Assembly (NCBI GenBank): GCA_023387335.1
Contig: JAEWIF010000003.1
Coordinates: forward strand, 135,496-199,495
Reading direction: 5' to 3'
DNA: 64,000 bases
From: Pseudomonadota bacterium
GTDB taxonomy: Bacteria; Pseudomonadota; Gammaproteobacteria; Burkholderiales; Burkholderiaceae_C
Position numbers and translations under genes: made by a program. Each line of letters opens with the position of its first letter. Position 1 is the first letter of the stretch. Below the pieces are notes generated by a model that did not search any database, was not told where the DNA came from, and saw only the letters and a list, made by a program, of their open reading frames with translations. Below, piece after piece: positions 43,304 to 53,397 of the stretch.

Positions 43304-44417
43304 CCATCCTATCCGCCATTGCGTTCGCGCTATAGGATCGCCGGCAGTGTGCCGAGATCGAAGCCGCGCGACTTATCCAATCCACAGAATCGTTGACGAC
43401 CCTCAACATCCCATCGCACAGCGCATCTGCATCGTTCGCCGAGAACAACAATGCATTGGTTCCGTGCAGCACAGCCTCGAACTCGGGACCGTGAGGCTCT
43501 CTATCTGCGACGATCATAGGGACACCAAATCCGAGACTTTGGGTCAAAGAAAGGCCGACGCCGCCAGGCGACACAGAGACTAAAGCTGTCTCGTAGATGG
43601 ACCGGAGAGCATCGATCGAAGCGACATGTCCCATGAAATCGACGTCGCCTGAGACACGTAGCTGTCGGCACAACGCCATGAGTTGGCTCTTCTCGGGTCC
43701 GTCCCCAACGACTATGAGCCTATTGTTGCACTCTGGTGATCGGCTCTTGAACTTCGCGAATGCACGCACCAGCAGATCGACCTTTTTCTGAGACACCAAG
43801 CGACCGACATAGAGAAAGTGGCGCCGCTCACCTTGAGTTGCAACGGGCCGCATCTCCTCCGCGAGATATATCGAGTTAGGAGCCGCAACTATTGCCTTTC
43901 CAGGCATTCTCGATTCAAGCTCTCGCCGCTGCGACTCCGTATATACAACGATCACATTTCCAAGAGTGCGCATCAAATTTCGCACATTGTCCGACGGGGA
44001 ATCCGCGCCCGCGCGCGGCCACGCATGACCCCACAGGATCGTCTTTCTTCGCAGAATCCTCCTCACGAGCAGTACTAGCCACGTCGTGAGGCTTCTGGGA
44101 TTCAATTCAAGGACGGCTACATGGGCCCGAACGCAGGGCGCCACTACGGCCGGCTGGAACACAAACCGTCTGCCTAACATGAAATAGTTCTTAACTATGG
44201 AGAGGCAACCTGGCAGCACCACTGCAGTTCGTGTACTTGGCTCGAAGTATTCCTTCCCTGCAAGAACGCATAGGCGACCACCCAAACTCTGCGCGAGCAA
44301 ATCTAGAAATTTCTGGCGATAGTCTGCGATCGCCACCTGCTGGAGAACCACGGCACGTCGTTTGTGCATCACGAAACCTTCAACCACAAACTGCCCGCCC
44401 GAGCTCATCGGCATCAC
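43272..44417 (-). CDS. GT4-family glycosyltransferase
   Basis: ILWGH, FLYVGRLVSQKKVDLL, VGDGPE, GLSLTQSLGFGVP. Confidence 0.88.
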   Translation of the reverse strand: MMPMSSGGQFVVEGFVMHKRRAVVLQQVAIADYRQKFLDLLAQSLGGRLCVLAGKEYFEPSTRTAVVLPGCLSIVKNYFMLGRRFVFQPAVVAPCVRAHVAVLELNPRSLTTWLVLLVRRILRRKTILWGHAWPRAGADSPSDNVRNLMRTLGNVIVVYTESQRRELESRMPGKAIVAAPNSIYLAEEMRPVATQGERRHFLYVGRLVSQKKVDLLVRAFAKFKSRSPECNNRLIVVGDGPEKSQLMALCRQLRVSGDVDFMGHVASIDALRSIYETALVSVSPGGVGLSLTQSLGFGVPMIVADREPHGPEFEAVLHGTNALLFSANDADALCDGMLRVVNDSVDWISRAASISAHCRRSYSANAMADRMVAAIFLAEGR

Positions 44418-45594
44418 CGCCGCTCACCGGTCTTACTGCCTCGGCGACCGAGGTTCGGAAACCGTCCCAAGTATGCGAATCGAGTTCACCGTAGTCTGCT
44501 TCCAAGTCGTCGCCGTCCGCGAACCAGCGCAATGCATCTGACACTTCGCGGCGACTGTCGATATTGAAAGTTCTTCCCAAGCGGTATTTTTCAATGTAGT
44601 ACCCAATCAGACCATCTCTCGTCCCAAGAGTGCGTTTTCGAGCTTTCGCAGCGAGCACGAGGACGCCACTCATTTCGTAGTGGCCCCTATAGCCTAGCCA
44701 CACTCCATCTGCGGCAGAAAACACGAGTTGCTCTTTAAATTCATCAACAAATTCATCGATCACCGTTAGTCTCTCGCGCAGTTCGGATTCAACAACCTTA
44801 TCGATGTACGGCTGCACGCTATCAGAGGCATCGTGCCGACCAACTATGAGAACGTGCACGTCCCGTGGCCAGTTTTCAGTCCCCAAGCAGGTCAACAGTA
44901 CATCGATGCCCTTGCGACTAGAAATCGCGCCGAACACGAGCAAAATCTTAGCTTGGGGGGGCAGCTGGAGAGCCTGTCGAGCCGCTACCTGATCTTGTCG
45001 AAATACGATCTCAGCAGGATCTCGAAGGTACGATAGTTTTGGTGCTTGACCTGCGAGATGCTTTACCACCAGTTCATCAATCGCGAACAATCGGACCAAC
45101 GACTTGCTTCGCGCGACGACACCGAACAACCTCTCTCGGACTCCAGAGAATTTCGGCGAAGGTCCTATTCCGAACCTTCGCCGATGGAAGCCGGCGCGCA
45201 TTGTTATGCCGCTCCACGGACGATCACTGAAGGGGGAGCCGATTAAGCCGACGGCATGGAGGCAGTAGTCCAGGTAAGGCACAAAAACGAAGTCCACTCT
45301 CCGTCGCTGACTGGCAATCTTGAAGGCTCGCTTGAACCAAAAATAGTATTGCAATTCACGTAGCAGGGGACTCTTTGAGGTCGCCGTCGCAGTTCGGTCG
45401 CTAGATTGGACTCGAAGCACCTCCACGCGGCTTTTGTGCTTCGCCCCGATTTCCTCTAGAACCTGATGGGGCATATCCGTAGAATTCACAGCGATGGCGA
45501 CGGTCGACGCCACCTCAAGCATCGCATCCACGATCTGCGCCAAATACCCACCATGGTGGCCCGTCAACTTGAATTCTGGAATTAGCACGTGCAT
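44380..45594 (-). CDS. GT-B (GT4-like) glycosyltransferase
   Basis: TGHHGGY, LVFGAISSRKG, FSAADGVWLGY, SGVLVLA. Confidence 0.82.
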   Translation of the reverse strand: MHVLIPEFKLTGHHGGYLAQIVDAMLEVASTVAIAVNSTDMPHQVLEEIGAKHKSRVEVLRVQSSDRTATATSKSPLLRELQYYFWFKRAFKIASQRRRVDFVFVPYLDYCLHAVGLIGSPFSDRPWSGITMRAGFHRRRFGIGPSPKFSGVRERLFGVVARSKSLVRLFAIDELVVKHLAGQAPKLSYLRDPAEIVFRQDQVAARQALQLPPQAKILLVFGAISSRKGIDVLLTCLGTENWPRDVHVLIVGRHDASDSVQPYIDKVVESELRERLTVIDEFVDEFKEQLVFSAADGVWLGYRGHYEMSGVLVLAAKARKRTLGTRDGLIGYYIEKYRLGRTFNIDSRREVSDALRWFADGDDLEADYGELDSHTWDGFRTSVAEAVRPVSGGDADELGRAVCG

Positions 45595-45618
45595 ACGACA
45601 ATCTTTGACTTTCGCGTA

Positions 45619-46962
45619 TTAAGATGCCGCCATAGCGTTCAGCCGTCTATCAATCCCCCCAAACTTCAGCGAAAGGGCGATGAGGGTTACTCCGTGGGCC
45701 ACCGCACTAGCGGCGGCCGCACCAGAAACTCCGAACTGCGGAACGAGAACTGATGCGCTCAAAGCTAACGCGAGGAGTTGAATCGAAACTGCCTGCGTTA
45801 CCACTTGCGGCCGCCCTGTCGCCCTGAAGTACGCAGCGAAAGTCGAAATCAGACCGGCCTGGCACATTGTGATGACTGCGATCTTGAGTATCTCGCCGAC
45901 TCCCGCCCATCGAGATTGCAGAAGTACCTGAGTGGCCACAGATTGGACTGCTGCGACGAGGGCGCCCAATAGCAGGGCAGCCAAGACTACCAACCTGAGC
46001 ACGTTGCAGAAATATTCGAACGACATCCTTTCGCCAGCCGAAAACAGCCGGGCAAGGGTCGGGAACAGAAATTGGCCGAACGCGACAAGCGGTTCCGCAA
46101 TCGCGATCTGAGCAACTCTGAAGGCCACTGTATAGATACCGAATTCAGCAGGCGTGGTGAGCTTTGCTACGACGAGCTTGTCGAAGTTATTAAGGATTAG
46201 AATGATGATGCTCGAGGCCCACACCCATTTACCGTACGACCTCCATCGCCCGATAATGCGCCAACGAAAATTGGGCAGCAGCGACGAGTGCAGTAACGTC
46301 CAAGAAATTAGAATCCTGACCAGCTCAGCCGCCAAGATTCCAATCACCATCGCAATAGCCGACGCATGCAATGCGACAATTAACATTAGAGAGACGGCAA
46401 GGTCTATGAACGAGGCGGCGGTTTCACCAAAGAATACTTGCCGAAATTTTCTGTGCCTCAGTGTGACGGTAACGCCTGGATTATTGAGACCCTTCATTAC
46501 CGGCCAGAGAGCAGACAGCAAAATTATGGGCTGAGCCTCGCGGGCATTGAAAAGGATCGATATCGGGCTTGCGACGGCACAAAGCACTCCGCCGATGAAA
46601 CAACCGCGAAGTAGTTGCAGGGTCCAACATGCGCCGAGTTGATGGCGACTGGGTTCGCGCTTGGATTGGATGATTGCCTGCACCAAGCCCGTGTCCGTGA
46701 CACCCTCGATTAAAGCAATCAGCAGAAGAGCTATGCCAAAAAGACCAACTTGCTCGGGCCCGAGAAAATAAGCTGCGACAAAGAACTTTAGCGCGGCAGA
46801 GCCACGCGTAAAAACTTGCTGAAGGACGGGCCACACGGTAGCTATTGAGCGATTGAGGCGGAGTGCTCGATCAAGCCCGCCACCTCTCTGGGCGATTAAT
46901 GCGAACCGTCTCGAGCGATGACGACACTGATTGTTTTCAGCAAGATCTTGAAGTCCAGCCAA
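45619..46962 (-). CDS. wzx: Wzx-family flippase
   Basis: LGPEQVGLFG, TDTGLVQAIIQ, NFDKLVVAK, GIYTVAFR, FPTLA; the true start is probably downstream of 46962. Confidence 0.85.
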   Translation of the reverse strand: MAGLQDLAENNQCRHRSRRFALIAQRGGGLDRALRLNRSIATVWPVLQQVFTRGSAALKFFVAAYFLGPEQVGLFGIALLLIALIEGVTDTGLVQAIIQSKREPSRHQLGACWTLQLLRGCFIGGVLCAVASPISILFNAREAQPIILLSALWPVMKGLNNPGVTVTLRHRKFRQVFFGETAASFIDLAVSLMLIVALHASAIAMVIGILAAELVRILISWTLLHSSLLPNFRWRIIGRWRSYGKWVWASSIIILILNNFDKLVVAKLTTPAEFGIYTVAFRVAQIAIAEPLVAFGQFLFPTLARLFSAGERMSFEYFCNVLRLVVLAALLLGALVAAVQSVATQVLLQSRWAGVGEILKIAVITMCQAGLISTFAAYFRATGRPQVVTQAVSIQLLALALSASVLVPQFGVSGAAAASAVAHGVTLIALSLKFGGIDRRLNAMAAS

Positions 46963-47597
46963 ATTGACCAGTGATTCACATACTTCGCGTCCAACTGGAC
47001 GCGACTGTGATAACTAAGTCGACTTCTCCCACTGACCTGCCATAAGCCTGAAATGCCAGGGCGTACTGCGCAGTATTCGACCCAGAAATGACCATACCGA
47101 TCTTTCTCTGCTGCCGTGACGGGGCGCGGCCCTACAAGGCTCATATCTCCTCGGACTACGTTCCAAAATTGAGGCAGCTCATCCAAGCTTGTTCTTCTAA
47201 TGAAATGCCCGAACGTTGTTATCCGTGGGTCGTGTCGAAGCTTGTGATATGTCCGCCACTCCTTCATGGCTTCGGCATCGGAGTCTAAGAAGGTATTCAA
47301 GACCTCATCGGCGTCAACGCGCATCGAGCGAAACTTGTAGACGAAGATCTCTCGCCCGCCGAACCCGACCCGACGCTGTGAGTAAAAGATGGGTCCCGAG
47401 GAACTTAATCTCACGCCCGCGGCTACCGCGACATAGAGCGGTAAGAACACGATCAACAAGAACGAAGCCACGACGAAATCGATGGCCCGCTTTATTCTCT
47501 GCCCGCCTCTGCTCACCGAGGGCATCGGGAACTGCCGCCGACCTTCAGCAGGATCGGTATCTAGCAGTGCCCCCGTCTCAAATTCGGTGCGGTACAT
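46896..47597 (-). CDS. Priming sugar-phosphate transferase (Bac_transf; WbaP/WcaJ C-terminal type)
   Basis: KRAIDF, YKFRSM, DPRIT, SLDELPQ, GDMSLVGPRP, PGISGLWQV. Confidence 0.93.
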   Translation of the reverse strand: MYRTEFETGALLDTDPAEGRRQFPMPSVSRGGQRIKRAIDFVVASFLLIVFLPLYVAVAAGVRLSSSGPIFYSQRRVGFGGREIFVYKFRSMRVDADEVLNTFLDSDAEAMKEWRTYHKLRHDPRITTFGHFIRRTSLDELPQFWNVVRGDMSLVGPRPVTAAEKDRYGHFWVEYCAVRPGISGLWQVSGRSRLSYHSRVQLDAKYVNHWSIWLDFKILLKTISVVIARDGSH

Positions 47598-47649
47598 TTG
47601 TTCCTCTGCCCATTTGAAGATAAAGATAGCCGCCGCGCCCCCGACGCAC

Positions 47650-48783
47650 TTATTCCTTGCTCACGGCTACATTGAAGCCGTGTTTTTTCAGCAGGGCGTG
47701 CCGCTTGGCGTCGTCTAGGTCATTGGCCACCATCTCGTCGATCATCTGATCAAGAGTGATGTGCGGCACCCAGCCAAGTTTTTCCTTAGCCTTGGTCGGG
47801 TCGCCCAGCAGCGTTTCCACTTCCGCAGGACGAAAGTAGCGGGGGTCGATGCGGACGATCACTTGGCCAGCTTTCACACCCGGAGCGTCGGCGCCGCTGA
47901 CCTGCTGCACGACGCCAACTTCGTCTACGCCCCTGCCTTCGAACTTCAAAGCAATGCCGAGTCGCTCGGCACTGCGCTTGATGAATTCGCGGACGCTCAC
48001 CTGCACGCCTGTGGCGATGACGAAATCATCGGCCTGCTCCTGCTGCAGCATCAGCCACTGCATGCGAACATAGTCCATCGCGTGGCCCCAGTCGCGCAGC
48101 GAGTCAATGTTGCCCATATATAGGCATTGATCGAGACCTTGCGCGATGTTGGCAAGCCCGCGAGTGACCTTGCGCGTCACGAACGTCTCCCCGCGCCGCG
48201 GGCTCTCGTGGTTGAACAGGATCCCGTTGCAGGCATACATGCCGTACGCCTCGCGGTAGTTCACGGTGATCCAGTACGCATAGAGCTTGGCCACCGCGTA
48301 CGGGCTGCGCGGATAGAAAGGCGTCGTCTCCTTCTGCGGCGTTTCCTGTACCAGGCCATACAGCTCGGACGTCGACGCTTGATAGAAGCGCGTCTTCTTC
48401 TCCAGCCCCAGGATGCGGATGGCTTCCAGCAGGCGCAGCGCGCCCATGGCGTCCACGTCCGCGGTGTACTCCGGCGACTCGAAGCTGACCGCCACGTGGC
48501 TTTGCGCGCCCAGGTTGTAGATCTCGTCCGGCTGCGTCTGCTGGACGATGCGGATCAGGTTGGTGCTGTCCGAGAGGTCGCCGTAGTGCAGCACGAAATT
48601 GCGGTTGTCCACGTGCGGGTCCTGGTAGATGTGGTCCACCCGGTCCGTGTTGAACAAGCTGGCGCGGCGCTTGATGCCGTGCACGATGTAGCCCTTCTCC
48701 AGCAGGAATTCCGCCAGATAAGAGCCGTCCTGCCCCGTGATGCCCGTGATCAGGGCGACTTTCTGCTTGGTTGCGCTCACCAT
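47650..48783 (-). CDS. gmd: GDP-mannose 4,6-dehydratase
   Basis: [41 protein letters not shown]. Confidence 0.98.
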   Translation of the reverse strand: MVSATKQKVALITGITGQDGSYLAEFLLEKGYIVHGIKRRASLFNTDRVDHIYQDPHVDNRNFVLHYGDLSDSTNLIRIVQQTQPDEIYNLGAQSHVAVSFESPEYTADVDAMGALRLLEAIRILGLEKKTRFYQASTSELYGLVQETPQKETTPFYPRSPYAVAKLYAYWITVNYREAYGMYACNGILFNHESPRRGETFVTRKVTRGLANIAQGLDQCLYMGNIDSLRDWGHAMDYVRMQWLMLQQEQADDFVIATGVQVSVREFIKRSAERLGIALKFEGRGVDEVGVVQQVSGADAPGVKAGQVIVRIDPRYFRPAEVETLLGDPTKAKEKLGWVPHITLDQMIDEMVANDLDDAKRHALLKKHGFNVAVSKE

Positions 48784-48806
48784 GTTTTTACTGCTCTGGA
48801 AAAGGT

Positions 48807-49814
48807 TCACTGCAACGCGGGTTCGCGTTGCTTCTGCTGCGACGACACGAAGTCCTGGTACGCGAGGTCCAGGCCGCGTTGCAGGGCCACGTCGGGCTTC
48901 CAGCCCAGCTGCCGCAGCAGTGAGCTGTCCATCAACTTGCGCGGGGCGCCGTCCGGCTTGCCGGTGTCGAACTGGATGGCGCCTTCGTAGCCCACCGTCG
49001 CTTTCACCAGCGCGGCCAGTTCGGCGATCGACACATCGGAGCCATAGCCCACGTTCACGTGGCTTTGCTGCGGCGTGGTGTGCGCGAAGTAGTCGCCCTT
49101 CTCCAGGCCCATGACGTGCAGGCAGGCGGACGCCATGTCGTCCACGTACAGGAACTCGCGCCGCGGCGTGCCCGTGCCCCAGATCACGACGGACGGCGCG
49201 CCGGCTTCCTTGGCTTCGTGGAAGCGGCGGATCAGCGCCGGCACCACGTGGCTGTTGGTCGGGTGGTAGTTGTCGCCGGGCCCGTACAGGTTGGTCGGCA
49301 TGACGCTGCGGTAGTCCGTGCCGTGGCTCTCGCCGTACTGCCGGTTGTAGCTCTCGCACATCTTGATGCCGGCGATCTTGGCGATGGCGTAGGGCTCGTT
49401 GGTCGGCTCCAGCGTGCCGGTGAGCAGCGCGTCTTCCGCCATCGGCTGCGGCGCCAGGCGCGGGTAGATGCAGCTGCTGCCCAGGAACAGCAGCCTGCGC
49501 ACGCCATGCTCGTGGGCCGAGTGGATGACGTTGCCCTGGATCATCAGGTTCTGGTGGATGAACTCGGCCGGATAGGTGTTGTTGGCGTGGATGCCGCCCA
49601 CCTTGGCCGCGGCCAGGTACACCAGCTCGGGCCGTTCCGTCGCGAAGAACTGGCGCACGGCCGCCTGGTTGGTCAGGTCCAGCTCCGCATGCGTGCGGAC
49701 GATGATTCGACGGAAGCCCCTGGCTTTCAGTTGGCGCACGATGGCGCCGCCCACCATCCCACGATGGCCGGCCACGTATACCTTCGCGTCCAGGTCGAAC
49801 TTCCCTGCTGACAA
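48807..49814 (-). CDS. fcl: GDP-L-fucose synthase
   Basis: [50 protein letters not shown]. Confidence 0.97.
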   Translation of the reverse strand: MSAGKFDLDAKVYVAGHRGMVGGAIVRQLKARGFRRIIVRTHAELDLTNQAAVRQFFATERPELVYLAAAKVGGIHANNTYPAEFIHQNLMIQGNVIHSAHEHGVRRLLFLGSSCIYPRLAPQPMAEDALLTGTLEPTNEPYAIAKIAGIKMCESYNRQYGESHGTDYRSVMPTNLYGPGDNYHPTNSHVVPALIRRFHEAKEAGAPSVVIWGTGTPRREFLYVDDMASACLHVMGLEKGDYFAHTTPQQSHVNVGYGSDVSIAELAALVKATVGYEGAIQFDTGKPDGAPRKLMDSSLLRQLGWKPDVALQRGLDLAYQDFVSSQQKQREPALQ

Positions 49815-49859
49815 GACTGATTCCCCTTACTGCTTTGGAGTTGTTGGCTTGCTGCTGCC

Positions 49860-51308
49860 TCAGTGAGCCAGCTTCTTGGCTTCACTGATCGGCACCACGC
49901 GCCCGTACGTGTCTTCCATCCGCACGATGTCGTCCTCCCCCAGGTAGCTCCCCGACTGCACTTCGATCATTTCGAGCGCCGTCTTGCCCGGGTTGTGGAG
50001 CCGGTGCACCTCGCCCACCGGGATGTAGGTGGACTGGTTCTCCGTGAGAAGGAACGTGTCCTTGCCGCGCGTGACTTCGGCGGTGCCCTTGACCACCACC
50101 CAGTGCTCGGCGCGGTGGTAGTGCTTCTGCAGGCTGAGCGAGGCCGAAGGCTTGACCACGATGCGCTTGACCTGGAAACGGTGTCCCGATTCGATGCTGT
50201 CGTAGCTGCCCCAGGGACGAAGCACTTCGCGGTGCTGCACGGCCTGCGGGCTGTTGCGCTTCTCGAGCTCCGCGACGACGTGCTTGACCTGCTCGGCCGC
50301 GCCGCGGCGCGTGACCAGCACGGCGTCGGGCGTGTCCACGATCAGCAGGTCTTCCACGCCCAGTGCCACCACGCAACGGTACGGCGCGTGCACGAAGGTG
50401 TTGTGCGACTGGATGGCGACGCCCTGCCCTTCCAGGCGGTTGCCGTCCTCATCGGGCGGGCACATGTCGGCCACGGCGTTCCAGCTGCCGACGTCGCTCC
50501 ACAGGCCGGCGAAGGGAAAGACGGCCACGTCGTCGTGGCGCTCCATCACCGCGTAGTCGATGCTTTCCGAGCGGCACTGGCCGAAGGCCTCGGCGTCGGG
50601 ACGCAGGAACTCCTCGTCGGACTTGGCGCCGGCGGTGGCCTGCATACAGGCCGCCAGGATGTCCGGGGCATGGCGCTCCATGGCGGCCAGCAGCACGCGG
50701 GCGGTGCAAAGAAAGATGCCGGCGTTCCACAGGACCTTGCCGGACAGCAGCATCTGCTCGGCCTTGGCGCGATCGGGTTTCTCGATGAAGCGCGCCACGG
50801 CGTGGCCGCCGTCGGTGCGGGACTCGCCCTTCTCGATGTAGCCGAAGCCCGTGCTCGGGAAGGTGGGCACCACGCCGAAGGTGACGATGGCGCCCTGGCG
50901 AGCGCACTCGCTCGCGTCGCGCACCATCTGCGCGAAGGCGGCGGCGTCGGGGATGTGGTGGTCGGAGGGGCAGAACAGCAGCAGCTGGTCTTCGCCGGCC
51001 GCCTGCAGCGCGGCCAGGGCCATGGCCGCGGCGGTGTTGCGCGCCATCGGCTCGAGCACGACGGTACCGGCCAGGCCCGCGCCGGCAATGGCCTCGCGAA
51101 GCATGAAGCGATGGTCTTCGGCACCGACGCAGATGACGCCGGCCGACTTGTCGGTGAGGGGCGCTACGCGCTCGAGCGTCAGCGCGAGCAGGCTGCGTCC
51201 GTCCACCAGGGGGACGAACTGCTTGGGAAAGGCCTTGCGCGACAGCGGCCAGAGGCGCGTGCCGGAACCGCCACACAAAACAACCGGCTGGACAAGACCT
51301 TGTAGCAC
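49860..51308 (-). CDS. manC: Mannose-1-phosphate guanylyltransferase / mannose-6-phosphate isomerase
   Basis: [38 protein letters not shown] cupin. Confidence 0.97.
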   Translation of the reverse strand: MLQGLVQPVVLCGGSGTRLWPLSRKAFPKQFVPLVDGRSLLALTLERVAPLTDKSAGVICVGAEDHRFMLREAIAGAGLAGTVVLEPMARNTAAAMALAALQAAGEDQLLLFCPSDHHIPDAAAFAQMVRDASECARQGAIVTFGVVPTFPSTGFGYIEKGESRTDGGHAVARFIEKPDRAKAEQMLLSGKVLWNAGIFLCTARVLLAAMERHAPDILAACMQATAGAKSDEEFLRPDAEAFGQCRSESIDYAVMERHDDVAVFPFAGLWSDVGSWNAVADMCPPDEDGNRLEGQGVAIQSHNTFVHAPYRCVVALGVEDLLIVDTPDAVLVTRRGAAEQVKHVVAELEKRNSPQAVQHREVLRPWGSYDSIESGHRFQVKRIVVKPSASLSLQKHYHRAEHWVVVKGTAEVTRGKDTFLLTENQSTYIPVGEVHRLHNPGKTALEMIEVQSGSYLGEDDIVRMEDTYGRVVPISEAKKLAH

Positions 51309-51438
51309 TTCTGGTTTACTGTAATTTGCTGTATCTGACTCATCCTATTCGCAACCAAGTGTTTCAGCAATCCCCCGGAGGGCGTAGAAGGCCCTTTGCT
51401 GAACAATTCACGGAACCGTGTTAGTGCGCCACCAAAAG

Positions 51439-51470
51439 CGAAAAAGCCGCTTTACAGCGGCTCTTTTTCG
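51439..51470. terminator. Bidirectional-type intrinsic terminator
   Basis: CGAAAAAGCCGC-TTTACA-GCGGCTCTTTTTCG, just downstream of the 51500 gene. Confidence 0.75.
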
Positions 51471-51499
51471 TGGATCAGGAAGTCAGCTGGCGGTCAGCA

Positions 51500-52738
51500 T
51501 CACGGCACCGCCACCGCCCCCGCCCCCTGCGACACATACAACAACCCGTTCGTCGCCTGGAACGTCCCCGCCGCCAGCACGGCGCGCGCGGCATCGTCGG
51601 ACAGCGCCATCGAGCGCCAGTTGGTCTCGCCCGCGGGCGTCGTGACGGGCGTGAAGCTCGTGCCGCCGTCGCTGGACAGCAGCACCTGCCCGCCCGTGCC
51701 ACCCGTGCCGGCAGTGCCCCCGGTGGACGACAGCGTGGCGCCGACGACGCCGCCCGTGCCGGACATCGTGAGCGAGGTGTAGGCCCCGGCCACCGCGCTC
51801 GCCTGCGTCCAGGTCCAGACGCCGCCGGCCAGGTTGCCGACGTAAAGGCCCGTGCTGCGCGGCGCAGGGTCGACGCCCTGCCCGAAATCGGTGTTGCCGG
51901 CCAGCGCGATGCGCGTTCCATCGTCGTTGATCGCCGTGCGGTACCAGCCGTCGGCCACCGCCGCACCGGCGACGGTGACGGGCAGCGGCGCGAAGGTCGC
52001 GCCGCCGTCGCCCGAGATGTAGAGCGCGCCGTTGTGGCTGGCCGCCACCACCGTGAGGCCGCTGGCCGAGCTGTCCACCGCGCGGAAGGCGTCGGTGAAC
52101 GCGGCGGCACTGCCGGCGAGCGCGGACTGGGTGAAGGTCGGCGTCGCGGTGTTGGCGTTGGACGAGAAGAACGCCGGGCCATTGAGCGTGACCGCCACGA
52201 TGCGGGCGCCATCGTCGGAGATCGTGACGGACTCGTACGGAAGCGACTGCGTCAGGTTGATGCCGGCATCGATGCGCGTCCAGGTGGCGCCGGTATTGGT
52301 GGAGAGGTACATGGCGCCATCGAAGGCCACTGCGACCATGCTTCTGCCGTCGGGTGTCATGTCGAGCGAGATCCAGCCGGCGTTCGGCGCGCTGGACGGC
52401 GTGAAGGTGGCGCCGCCGTCGGTCGAGATGAGGATCTGCCCTCCTCCCGTGGTGATGGTGGTGGCGGCCATCACCGTGCCCGTTTCGTTGGTCGCCACCC
52501 AGTGGTACTGGTTGGCCGCCAGGCTGGGCACGGCCGCGAAGTTGAGCGTGACGGCGGCCGGCGCTGGCGCCGGTGCCGGCGCCGGAGCGGGCGCCACCGG
52601 CCCCTGCCCTGCAGCGGGCGCGTCGGCGGGCGCCACGGCCGTGGTGTCGCCGCCACCACCGCCGCCGCCGCACGAGGCCAGCCACATCGCAGCGATCAAG
52701 GCCGTCACGCGGCGGCTGCTCTTCATCGAAGGCTTCAT
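51500..52738 (-). CDS. Asp-box/BNR-repeat beta-propeller lipoprotein
   Basis: Lipobox LASCGGGG, (AP)n linker, STDGGATF, STNTGATW, SGDGGATF, SSDGGTSF. Confidence 0.8.
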   Translation of the reverse strand: MKPSMKSSRRVTALIAAMWLASCGGGGGGGDTTAVAPADAPAAGQGPVAPAPAPAPAPAPAAVTLNFAAVPSLAANQYHWVATNETGTVMAATTITTGGGQILISTDGGATFTPSSAPNAGWISLDMTPDGRSMVAVAFDGAMYLSTNTGATWTRIDAGINLTQSLPYESVTISDDGARIVAVTLNGPAFFSSNANTATPTFTQSALAGSAAAFTDAFRAVDSSASGLTVVAASHNGALYISGDGGATFAPLPVTVAGAAVADGWYRTAINDDGTRIALAGNTDFGQGVDPAPRSTGLYVGNLAGGVWTWTQASAVAGAYTSLTMSGTGGVVGATLSSTGGTAGTGGTGGQVLLSSDGGTSFTPVTTPAGETNWRSMALSDDAARAVLAAGTFQATNGLLYVSQGAGAVAVP

Positions 52739-52914
52739 CAGGATCTCCCGTTTCGTTGACGGCGGGGACGATCACCGAAGGGTTGAAAGCGGACGCGCGC
52801 AAATGCAATCGCTGTGAGCAGACGGCTCACGGACGAGAGGCGCGGGAACAGATGGTGACGGTTGCGAGCGGCCCGTTGCGGGAGGGCCTCAGCCGCTGCG
52901 GCGGCGGCGCGCGG

Positions 52915-53058
52915 TCAGCGCAGGAGCCAGGCGGCCAGCAGGCTCCAGACGGCCAGGCTCAGCACGCCGCCGATCCAGACCGTGCGGCTGGCCAGCATGC
53001 TGCGAGGCGTCTCCTCGACGATTTCTTCCTCGACCGAGAACGGCAGGTCGCGTTTCAT
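52915..53058 (-). CDS. Small single-TM protein (47 aa)
   Basis: MKRDLPFSVEEEIVEE...VWIGGVLSLAVWSLLAAWLLR. Confidence 0.55.
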   Translation of the reverse strand: MKRDLPFSVEEEIVEETPRSMLASRTVWIGGVLSLAVWSLLAAWLLR

Positions 53059-53163
53059 GTCGCCCATCTTCCACGCATCCGGCACACGCCTCGTCAGCAA
53101 ATGTCACCCCCGCTTGTGGGAAGAAACCTATGCATACGCACCGGTTGGGCTACGATCTCATCC

Positions 53164-53385
53164 GTGCAACAGCTCATCCACTGGTTCCGAACCGATCCGC
53201 GCCGCCTCTGCGTGCTGGGCGTGTGGCTCAACCTGCTGGGCCTTGCCGTGCTCGCCTACGCGCTGCTCGGCGGCGCGCCCGCCGCCCCGATGATGGCCGG
53301 CATCGCCCTCACCGCGACCGCCGCGCTCTGCAAGGTGGCCGGGCGCGATCGCTTCAAGCTGCAGCGCCTCCAGCGCCTGCGCTGA
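53164..53385 (+). CDS. Small two-TM membrane protein (73 aa)
   Basis: GTG start; LCVLGVWLNLLGLAVLAYALL and MMAGIALTATAALC followed by a basic tail. Confidence 0.55.
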   Translation: MQQLIHWFRTDPRRLCVLGVWLNLLGLAVLAYALLGGAPAAPMMAGIALTATAALCKVAGRDRFKLQRLQRLR

Positions 53386-53397
53386 CCTCCCACCTCC

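Noticed and set aside
52739..52914. c-di-GMP riboswitch (GAAA...GACGC...CAAA-like words)
   Set aside because: The words lie on the strand opposite the downstream gene, and the stems do not match the GEMM consensus.
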